Below are positions 17,291-24,995 of a stretch of DNA of 64,000 nt, one piece after another. The number at the start of each line of letters is the position of its first letter. Position 1 is the stretch's first letter. Source of the stretch: a virus; IMG/VR virus record IMGVR_UViG_3300047455_000060, positions 4,123 to 68,122 of that record; one strand, given 5' to 3'. Under the pieces are notes generated by a model that saw only the letters and a program-made list of their open reading frames with translations, had not been told where the DNA came from and made no database searches. A program made the translations under genes and the position numbers.

Positions 17291-17315
17291 TTTGTATCCT
17301 AAATTAGGATACAAA
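17291..17315. terminator. perfect 12-bp inverted repeat at the late/early block boundary (terminator or operator)
   Basis: TTTGTATCCTAA-A-TTAGGATACAAA; no clear U-tract on the minus strand. Confidence 0.5.
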
Positions 17316-17334
17316 GTTATTAGGTTGAAATGAA

Positions 17335-18111
17335 TTATCCTGCGGAAGTTCGTCTAGCCGCAGAAATTACGTAATCGGCAGCTATGACCCAGCGCCATAC
17401 CAGTTCGATTAAACTTTCTTTAGATATGGTTTGGCCATTATCTATTATTTCTTTATTGTTATTAAAAATTTGTACCCAATTATTCTTTAACGGGTTGCCT
17501 TCATTTGCAGCATTGTCAACGAACCATCTAAAGTTATGTCCTTGATCATCAGCAGCTCGTCTTTGAGGAGTATTTTGAATTGCTTGCAATGACTGTCGTA
17601 AAAATGATGCTAATTCAGTTTCTGTAGTTATAGGATCAGGAACATCAGCAGTACTAGTATTAATAAGGCTGATAAATTCTTCTCTTGTTTCTTCTGTATC
17701 TAATAATGTATCATTACTAACACCAGGACTGAAATCAGCAGCCAAAACTTCTAATTCACAAGGTGTATCAGCATGAGGAGCAAGATGATTATAAATGTCG
17801 TCCCAAGATAATCCTGTACTAGAATTTGGCACACCCATATTATAACGTATAGCATATGCATTCCATGCTTCGGGGCTTAGACCCGAAGCCATGTTAAGGC
17901 CTATTAATCTTTGAGCATTTTCAAGTTCACCTGCGTTTAATGCACCACCTATAAAATATCTTAATGCGCTAGATACAGGTGATCCGGTGTTTCTATCAAT
18001 AAATGTACTAATAAAATGGCAAAGAATATTTGACCATTGATGCTCATCAAATGATGATCTTAATTCGTTCGCTGAGTTAATACGCTCTGTTAAAATTTGT
18101 ATAACTTTCAT
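17335..18111 (-). CDS. hypothetical, putative head-internal protein
   Basis: N-terminus MKVIQILTE. Confidence 0.65.
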   Translation of the reverse strand: MKVIQILTERINSANELRSSFDEHQWSNILCHFISTFIDRNTGSPVSSALRYFIGGALNAGELENAQRLIGLNMASGLSPEAWNAYAIRYNMGVPNSSTGLSWDDIYNHLAPHADTPCELEVLAADFSPGVSNDTLLDTEETREEFISLINTSTADVPDPITTETELASFLRQSLQAIQNTPQRRAADDQGHNFRWFVDNAANEGNPLKNNWVQIFNNNKEIIDNGQTISKESLIELVWRWVIAADYVISAARRTSAG

Positions 18112-20249
18112 TATGCGGCCTCCAACATATTATCTCGTATATATTCTAATGCGTTATTTAAATTTTGATAACCTGGATTCGCCATCTGATAAATGTTACT
18201 AGTTCCGTTACTAATTGCCTCAAATGGTGTAACTCCGTCTCTTGGTTGGCGAATGTTAACGTTTGACAACACTAAATTTTGTCCAACTCTCATTGTTACT
18301 TGATCGTTTTCAACAGTAATTTCCCATCTTATAGTGTTACCGTTCGCTTGAGTAGATTCGCCGCTAACAGTATTACCTGTTCTTTGACCCCAATCAAAAG
18401 TTTGTGGTTCGACTGTATCGCTATTATTAGCTGCTGCTACAGGGTTGCGTTGTGCATCCATTAATGGTCCTTGACGATATGTTCTAATAATTTCAACTGC
18501 ATCACGCTTTTGTACTATTGTTCCACCGTTTGGCTCGCCAACTTCGTCAGGAACTCTTCGATTACCGTTAAGTACACTCATAACACGTCTGAGATTATTA
18601 TCAATCTCTAACAACTCTCTAATATCTTTACCTTCTAAAGATATTGCAGCAATAAATGCCTCCGCATCTGATCTAGCCATTGGTGTTTTATAGAATGTTA
18701 TTCTATCTTCTGCAAAATTACCAGTGTACGTGACTGCTTCTCTATTAGCACTAGTTACTGTTCGGCCTGGTTGAGCTGCACCTACTTCTGCTTCTACATC
18801 ATTTCTTGTTACTGCATTTGCGGTAGCGGCTGTCCCAACTGGAGTAATCCCGCCATTTGATAATCTAACAATATTAGGAGTAGGCTCAGTACTTATACCA
18901 GCAACATGATCACTTACTGCTGTTCTAGCGTTAATTAACATTTGCTTTCTAGAGTCAATATTGTAATTTTCTCCAGCAGCACCAATAAATTTATCGATAG
19001 CAATTAATTTACCAGTTAACTCGCCCATTTGAGTTTGAGTCAACTCTTCCTTTACAAGGCCTTCGATCATCTTAGATATAGAACTTTTAAATATAATAGA
19101 ATCAGTGACTGGGCTAGCTGCTGCTAATAAACGTTCAATAGTACTAAAAGTATTTTCAACTTCTTGCAATGCTCTGTATGTATTAGGACCTAAATCACCA
19201 TCGACTCTAATTCTTTCTGGTACAGTTGTATTAGCTGCATTAGTAGTTCCTACGTACATTCTATTATATGCACGCTGAAAGTCCCGTATCGCTTGATCAG
19301 TTGCTCTACTGTATTCTTCGCTACCTGCCTGTATGTTTGTAAATCCTAATGCTGATAGTCTTGTGTTTAATTCTTTAATAGCACCAGCTGCTTCTGGATT
19401 ATTTCTAAGTCCGCCTTGATTAGAAGTAGGAGCAACAAAGTCATCTAGTGTATCTTTGTATTCGTTACCTGTTGGTTCTAATGTAGCATTTGTTGCTGCC
19501 GTCGCTGCCGCCGAAGCTGGTTCTGCATTCTGTACCGCTGCGCTGTCGCTTGCTGCTGGAGAAGCTCTTCCAGACTCTGGTTGTTCAAAATACGGACCGC
19601 TGCCATCTGCTTTCATTACCGTAGCATCCGGATAAGCATTGCGTAGTGCTTCTGCATTCCTTTCTCTAGTATATACTCTAGTTAACTCGCGTTGAAGAGT
19701 TACATCTATATATGGCTCTGTTCCTCTAAAGTTTGATATACTATGTCCTTGCAACGAACGTGCAGTCGGGTCAAAGAAAAACTCTCTAGTAGGACGCATT
19801 GTTTCGCCCTGTCCGCCTGCTTGTATACTAAATTTAGTTTGCACATTAGTAGGAAGTACTCCTAGTCTTGCCTGTGCTACTGCAATATTTCTTGCTCCGG
19901 CATTAGTAGGACGAACTTCTTCTGAATTATATGTAGCACCATTAAGTGTTCTCAGTTTGCCATCTGTACCAAACATACCGTTTAACCCAAGTTTTTCACC
20001 AGCATGGTAAAGTACGTAGTTAACTTTAAAGTCTTCTGTCTGTCCTACTGAACGCAATGCAGCTCCTAGCCCGCCTAAAAATCCCTGACCTGATGTTTGC
20101 ATTTCACTAGCAGCTTGCTCCATTGCTGCAAGGTCTTGTAAAGTCATACCTTGCCTTGCATACTGATCAACTACACCGTTTAATTCACGATGATTTTGAC
20201 GTTCATCAAGTCTATCTAGTTTTGAAATTAAATCACGCATATCAGACAT
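18111..20249 (-). CDS. putative virion/ejected protein with peptidoglycan-binding domain
   Basis: AIKELNTRLSALGF...TDQAIRDFQ...VDGDLGPNT PG_binding_1-like module; N-terminus MSDMRDLISKLDRLDE. Confidence 0.7.
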   Translation of the reverse strand: MSDMRDLISKLDRLDERQNHRELNGVVDQYARQGMTLQDLAAMEQAASEMQTSGQGFLGGLGAALRSVGQTEDFKVNYVLYHAGEKLGLNGMFGTDGKLRTLNGATYNSEEVRPTNAGARNIAVAQARLGVLPTNVQTKFSIQAGGQGETMRPTREFFFDPTARSLQGHSISNFRGTEPYIDVTLQRELTRVYTRERNAEALRNAYPDATVMKADGSGPYFEQPESGRASPAASDSAAVQNAEPASAAATAATNATLEPTGNEYKDTLDDFVAPTSNQGGLRNNPEAAGAIKELNTRLSALGFTNIQAGSEEYSRATDQAIRDFQRAYNRMYVGTTNAANTTVPERIRVDGDLGPNTYRALQEVENTFSTIERLLAAASPVTDSIIFKSSISKMIEGLVKEELTQTQMGELTGKLIAIDKFIGAAGENYNIDSRKQMLINARTAVSDHVAGISTEPTPNIVRLSNGGITPVGTAATANAVTRNDVEAEVGAAQPGRTVTSANREAVTYTGNFAEDRITFYKTPMARSDAEAFIAAISLEGKDIRELLEIDNNLRRVMSVLNGNRRVPDEVGEPNGGTIVQKRDAVEIIRTYRQGPLMDAQRNPVAAANNSDTVEPQTFDWGQRTGNTVSGESTQANGNTIRWEITVENDQVTMRVGQNLVLSNVNIRQPRDGVTPFEAISNGTSNIYQMANPGYQNLNNALEYIRDNMLEAA

Positions 20250-20260
20250 ACTATTAAACC

Positions 20261-20599
20261 TTAGACTTTTTGTTTTGTTTTTTCGTTTAGTTTAGTTGCT
20301 AACAAATCTTTATATGAAGATTCTGTAGGAATAGTTAGTTCAGGCTGTGCAGTATCTGATGCATTTTCATAATCCATAGCATGATATACACTACCAATAT
20401 AGTCAGCAGCTTTAGTAATTTTAGCCTGTTGCCATCCTTCAATTCCTTCTGCTTCACTTACAGATTTAAGCATGTCGTGTAATTGAATAGCATATTTTGC
20501 AATTTTGTATAGGTCTGCACGGGCCATTTGCACTTCGTGATCGCGTTCTGCTGCGTGTGCTAAATCACCTAAACCTTCTTTGAATTCATTTTTTCTCAT
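20261..20599 (-). CDS. hypothetical, putative head-internal protein
   Basis: MRKNEFKE; HEVQMARADL...EGWQQAKITKAADY. Confidence 0.7.
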   Translation of the reverse strand: MRKNEFKEGLGDLAHAAERDHEVQMARADLYKIAKYAIQLHDMLKSVSEAEGIEGWQQAKITKAADYIGSVYHAMDYENASDTAQPELTIPTESSYKDLLATKLNEKTKQKV

Positions 20600-20629
20600 T
20601 GAGTTAACTCCAGTAATACATATTAAATG

Positions 20630-20637
20630 TATTTATC
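20630..20637 (-). promoter_or_regulatory. late promoter box
   Basis: GATAAATA, a variant of the T4 TATAAATA box. Confidence 0.65.
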
Positions 20638-20959
20638 GTCTTGCTGCTGTGCCGCCCATTAAATTAGCGTTTATGTCTTGTGCATTTTTAGCAGTGCCAT
20701 CTGCATTAGTTGCTTGAGGAGCCTTAGGTGCACCATACTTGCCTTTTTTAGATACCTTACGCTTTGCTCCAGGAACACTTGCTATTGTAGCAATATTGCC
20801 TGAACTAGTACTGCCCGCAGTTGCATCTTCTGTAACTGCATTGCAACTACAATGCGAGCATGTAGGTTTACAAGTACAATCTTTAGCTTTAACATCGGCA
20901 CCACAGCACTTGTCTGAACAGTAGCCTTTTCTGCCTTCTAGTAAATCACTCATTTTCAT
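20633..20959 (-). CDS. putative head-internal protein with Cys-rich module
   Basis: Start reassigned to 20959 (AAGGAG SD): MKMSDLLE followed by an 8-Cys stretch. Confidence 0.7.
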   Translation of the reverse strand: MKMSDLLEGRKGYCSDKCCGADVKAKDCTCKPTCSHCSCNAVTEDATAGSTSSGNIATIASVPGAKRKVSKKGKYGAPKAPQATNADGTAKNAQDINANLMGGTAARR

Positions 20960-20972
20960 TTTTTTAATCTCC

Positions 20973-21416
20973 TTACCATTTTCTACACGACCAGTAACGT
21001 GCCTTATGGCGAGGCCCTGGATTATCACAGTTATGTCTTGCACGGAAACTTCTTCTACGTGCTGGATTAGACTTTTTAATCTTCATGTCAGGATCACCAA
21101 AGTTAACCTTTACTACGTTGCCTTTAGGATTCTTAACATATACTTTAAACTTCTTAACATCACCTTGCATAGGCTTGCCTAGTTTAACTTTACGTCCTTG
21201 ATACTCTGCTTCGTCAAGAATTTCATCATCATACAGCATGTCCAAGTCGCCTTCCCATGTGTACTCGTCTTCGCTTACTTTAACACAGTTGTTGACTCGT
21301 TTGCCATCTTTCATCTTAGTGCCGTCTTTACGGTATCCCTTCCAGCACTTAGGATCTAAACGTTGCTTGGCTTCGTCTATTTCGTTATTTTCTAATATTA
21401 GATCAATAATTTTCAT
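20973..21416 (-). CDS. putative head-internal modular basic protein
   Basis: MKIIDLILE; modules KCWKGY...NNCVK and EAEYQGRKV...ARYWSCRKW. Confidence 0.75.
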   Translation of the reverse strand: MKIIDLILENNEIDEAKQRLDPKCWKGYRKDGTKMKDGKRVNNCVKVSEDEYTWEGDLDMLYDDEILDEAEYQGRKVKLGKPMQGDVKKFKVYVKNPKGNVVKVNFGDPDMKIKKSNPARRRSFRARHNCDNPGPRHKARYWSCRKW

Positions 21417-22318
21417 TTCTTTTTCCTACCAGACTTCATATTGGCGCACCAGTGATACATTTTAGCTTTTTCGCCTGATGCATTTTTAGCACGTTTGCGT
21501 AAATCTGTTACACTACCATTACAACTTGCACCTGAACGCTTTACACGCCCTGGTCTGCTTTTGCCTTTTTTCTTACCATCAGCAAAGTTTTCTTCAATGC
21601 TTTCTGCTTGTGCCATAGCTGTTTGCATTTGCTTTTGACTAAATTTAATACCTTGTTGTACAAAGAACTTTTGTAGCCAAGTTATATGTATCAAACCTAT
21701 AGCTGACGCAATCAATATAAGAATATTAGGTGCAAACTCTTTTAATAGTTCAGCTAACGCACTAGGTTTTTTATTTTTATATCTAGCTACTATTTGATCA
21801 AAGTTCTTCGGACGTAGTTCTGGTAGCGGAGCAGTAGCAGGCGCCTCTTCGGTTTGTAATACATCCTGTGCTGTACGTATAGCACGAGTACCTTGTGGAT
21901 GATTTGGATTGATACTTACTGTTTCACCGTTAATTAGTTCGCTAATGTTTGCTGCTTTGCCTACACTGTCTAGAACTTGATGTAATTTATCTTGTGCATC
22001 GTAGTTTCCGCTTTCGTAACCTTTTTTGCCACGAACTTCTACACGATGTTTTTCGTTAGTATCCATTATATGTAGAACGTCCATATGTTTATCACGCTCT
22101 AGTTTTAAAATTATACCTTCGGCTAGTCCTAGATTGAATAATACATTGGTCGATTTACCTTTAACTTTAGAACTTAGTGTAGGTGGACGACCATCTTTGT
22201 CTACAGTATTACCGAATTTAGCAGCCTGTGTCTTGATTTCGTCAGTGCTTACATCAACAGTAGTGTTAACACCTTTTACAATTCTGCCATCTTCTTTTAG
22301 TATTTCGTATATTTTCAT
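21413..22318 (-). CDS. putative head-internal modular protein
   Basis: MKIYEILKE; C-terminal ENFADGK...HWCANMKSGRKKK module. Confidence 0.75.
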   Translation of the reverse strand: MKIYEILKEDGRIVKGVNTTVDVSTDEIKTQAAKFGNTVDKDGRPPTLSSKVKGKSTNVLFNLGLAEGIILKLERDKHMDVLHIMDTNEKHRVEVRGKKGYESGNYDAQDKLHQVLDSVGKAANISELINGETVSINPNHPQGTRAIRTAQDVLQTEEAPATAPLPELRPKNFDQIVARYKNKKPSALAELLKEFAPNILILIASAIGLIHITWLQKFFVQQGIKFSQKQMQTAMAQAESIEENFADGKKKGKSRPGRVKRSGASCNGSVTDLRKRAKNASGEKAKMYHWCANMKSGRKKK

Positions 22319-22542
22319 TTTTTATGACCCCTAAACCCTCGTGGCATATTCATTTGTCCATGCATCTTAGGAAGTCCAAACCAAAGTTCAAACCATTCTT
22401 TATCACCGGGGCGAATGTTTAGTTCACGTTCTTTTTTACGATTACTGTTAGCAGCATCACTAATGTTCTCAAGAGTATACTCTGTGTAACCTTTAAATTC
22501 GTTTACACCTGCAAGTTTCTTGATATAATCTAGTTCATCCAT
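22315..22542 (-). CDS. hypothetical protein
   Basis: MDELDYIKKLAGV...IRPGDKEWFELWF. Confidence 0.7.
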   Translation of the reverse strand: MDELDYIKKLAGVNEFKGYTEYTLENISDAANSNRKKERELNIRPGDKEWFELWFGLPKMHGQMNMPRGFRGHKK

Positions 22543-23347
22543 TACTTTTTTTCTTGTTATGCTGTGCCCATGCTATTGCATATGGTGCGCCTTCGTCATC
22601 CGGAAACTCTTTTTTAAGTGCTTTAACTTGACGTTCTCTACCTGGAGGTGCATCTTCTTGTTTTTTCTTTTTCATTTTCTTTTCGTCACTACTGTGACCA
22701 AAAGTTTGATGTACTAGGTTATCTAGTTTGCGATGAAATAAATCTTCTTCGTCTTCACTAGCATCTTCTGCTGCTACAGGCTCTTCGTCTCGTATTCCCA
22801 TGCCTTGTCTAACGGCTGCAAACATTTCGTCTGCTACTTCTTGATTAGGCACACCTTGTTTAAACGATTCTAAATCGTCTGCTGCGGCTGCCGCTCGCAT
22901 CTTGCTTGCGCTCATACCTTCTGCACCATCTGCATCTGGATCACGCTCTCCTGCGCTTACTACTTTAATTGATTTAAAGTTATACTCTACGCCATTGTAC
23001 TTGTTAATTAATTCTTCAAATGCAGGAACACGATCACTGCCTGCAACATATACTAAATTGTCGTATCCTAATGCATCAATCTTTTGTAATGCTTGAATGA
23101 TTGTTTTTACTTCCGGATTACCGATAGTAACTTCAGGAAAAAAGAATTTAGCATAACGTAATTTATCTGCAAATGCTAAAGGATCTGTTTTAGGTTTTTG
23201 TGATTGGCTTAAAAAGATATAAGGGTCACCGCCTTGTGATTTAACTGCATCTACTAGTTTAGCGTGACCAATAGTAGGCGGGTTCATACGGCCAAAAGCC
23301 ATTGCCGCAGTTGATTCGGGAGCCTCAAATAATTCTCTTAATCTCAT
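22535..23347 (-). CDS. HxGH-superfamily nucleotidyltransferase (cytidylyltransferase-like), putative virion protein
   Basis: FGRMNPPTIGH, VAGSDR, SAGERDPD, MSASKMR; N-terminus MRLRELFE. Confidence 0.8.
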   Translation of the reverse strand: MRLRELFEAPESTAAMAFGRMNPPTIGHAKLVDAVKSQGGDPYIFLSQSQKPKTDPLAFADKLRYAKFFFPEVTIGNPEVKTIIQALQKIDALGYDNLVYVAGSDRVPAFEELINKYNGVEYNFKSIKVVSAGERDPDADGAEGMSASKMRAAAAADDLESFKQGVPNQEVADEMFAAVRQGMGIRDEEPVAAEDASEDEEDLFHRKLDNLVHQTFGHSSDEKKMKKKKQEDAPPGRERQVKALKKEFPDDEGAPYAIAWAQHNKKKSNG

Positions 23348-23679
23348 GAATATTCCCCGTTTTTAATTTGTTCCATTTCTTCGGAAAATATTAAGTCAAT
23401 AATCGCTTGTCTATCGTCGTTATTAAAAACTTCATCTGGCATACGTGCCACATTAAACTTTTTACAATATGACTGTAATGCTTGTTCAACCATGTCACCT
23501 AAGCATTTGTTTTGATCTATTGGTTTGCCTTCTCTATGCAAATCTGCAACACGAGAAACTGCTGGGAAAAAACTTTTTCTATAAAACATAGGATCGTTGC
23601 GCATAAACACAACAACATCATCAACTACATCAAACGGTAAAGATGTGTCAGTAGTTTGTGAAAATTCATCTATACGCAT
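23344..23679 (-). CDS. hypothetical protein
   Basis: MRIDEFS; coupled ORF. Confidence 0.7.
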   Translation of the reverse strand: MRIDEFSQTTDTSLPFDVVDDVVVFMRNDPMFYRKSFFPAVSRVADLHREGKPIDQNKCLGDMVEQALQSYCKKFNVARMPDEVFNNDDRQAIIDLIFSEEMEQIKNGEYS

Positions 23680-23918
23680 TATTCGTTCCCTCCAGATATT
23701 TCAATATCAAAATTGTCATACCCTTGTTCAAACATTAATGCTGCTAAACGATCAGCATATTCATCTGCTTCTTCGTTAGTTAATTCTCGTTGTAAAGGAA
23801 TTTCAATAACAGGATTGCCATCTACAGTTTCTAATAAAGTTTGTGAAGGGAAAACACTTTCGTCTAGTAAGCTAGGACCTTCTTCTTTTTCTAATATTAC
23901 TCGTACAAAATGTTCCAT
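23679..23918 (-). CDS. hypothetical acidic protein
   Basis: Coupled ORF with SD. Confidence 0.65.
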   Translation of the reverse strand: MEHFVRVILEKEEGPSLLDESVFPSQTLLETVDGNPVIEIPLQRELTNEEADEYADRLAALMFEQGYDNFDIEISGGNE

Positions 23919-23929
23919 TATTCTAACCC

Positions 23930-24322
23930 TTAGTGATTCAATTTGATGCTATTTACTACGCCGTCAGTCCAGCTATTAATAGATGTTCTTACCCAAACAT
24001 AATTTCCTGTAAAGTTTGTAATTTTACTTTCAGTAGTACCTTCGTCGTTTACGACTGGATATGCTTGACTATAAACAGTAAACCAGTCGTCTTCTGTAGG
24101 ATTAATAGCTAATGTTCCTTGGATAGCAACTGTGCCTATAAACCCTGTTATAGTATATTGTATTGTATGAAAACCGTCACTACGACCGTAGTAACCATCT
24201 CCTTTTTGCGGATTGCTATTTCTATCTACAGAAGTACTATCCCCGGGATGAGACATCGCCGCGTTTGTGACTGTAGTTCCGTTGTCGTCGTATGTGAATT
24301 CAAATGTATTACTGTTTGCCAT
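23930..24322 (-). CDS. putative beta-rich virion protein
   Basis: Start reassigned to 24322, 5 nt after a late box. Confidence 0.65.
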   Translation of the reverse strand: MANSNTFEFTYDDNGTTVTNAAMSHPGDSTSVDRNSNPQKGDGYYGRSDGFHTIQYTITGFIGTVAIQGTLAINPTEDDWFTVYSQAYPVVNDEGTTESKITNFTGNYVWVRTSINSWTDGVVNSIKLNH

Positions 24323-24327
24323 ATAAC

Positions 24328-24335
24328 TATTTATC
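24328..24335 (-). promoter_or_regulatory. late promoter box heading the head-internal protein operon
   Basis: GATAAATA-GTTAT-ATG. Confidence 0.7.
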
Positions 24336-24341
24336 AATATT

Positions 24342-24995
24342 TTACTTGACGACTAGTTTGTCGATGCGGCGAATATTAGATAACATTAAGTTACATAGTT
24401 GTAGTGTGCGCTCATCTCTTGCATAAAAGTACATTCCGTTAACATAACCTGAATTAAGTAATTCTTGTAGCAATACTGGACCTACTTTAATTAATTTAGG
24501 ATTGTTAATAGCCCATTGACCAAATGTAACATCACCTTTTGCTGTGCCAAGTGTTACTTTATATTGGTATCCATTATCATGATCTACAATAATATTATGT
24601 TCATTTAGTGTATTAATATAATTAGGATCAGGCGCATGTAAACTAATTATACTAGATTGTTTAACATCTTGCATAATACCATTAAGCCACTCAAAATTAT
24701 TAGTGTAAATTGATATGTTAGGGTATTCGATGCGCAATTTATAATCATCAAATTTATTAAAATGATTAAAGAGTTTTTTTGCATCAAAAAAACATTCTTT
24801 AGAGACTGGCTTCTTTCTTATGCCGCTTTGTAATAGTAATGGTTCGCCTTGTTCATATTCGTGTTGCATTGTATCAAGAACTTGCCTAGCGAATGGCAAG
24901 TTCTTGTCTCTAAACGAAGAGGATAGTTGATTTGAGATGCTTAGTCTATATAAGTATGCACCCCAAAACAACTTAGTCGTTTCATACTTCTTCAA
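24342..24995 (-). CDS. hypothetical protein
   Basis: 217 aa ORF coupled to clpA. Confidence 0.7.
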   Translation of the reverse strand: MKKYETTKLFWGAYLYRLSISNQLSSSFRDKNLPFARQVLDTMQHEYEQGEPLLLQSGIRKKPVSKECFFDAKKLFNHFNKFDDYKLRIEYPNISIYTNNFEWLNGIMQDVKQSSIISLHAPDPNYINTLNEHNIIVDHDNGYQYKVTLGTAKGDVTFGQWAINNPKLIKVGPVLLQELLNSGYVNGMYFYARDERTLQLCNLMLSNIRRIDKLVVK

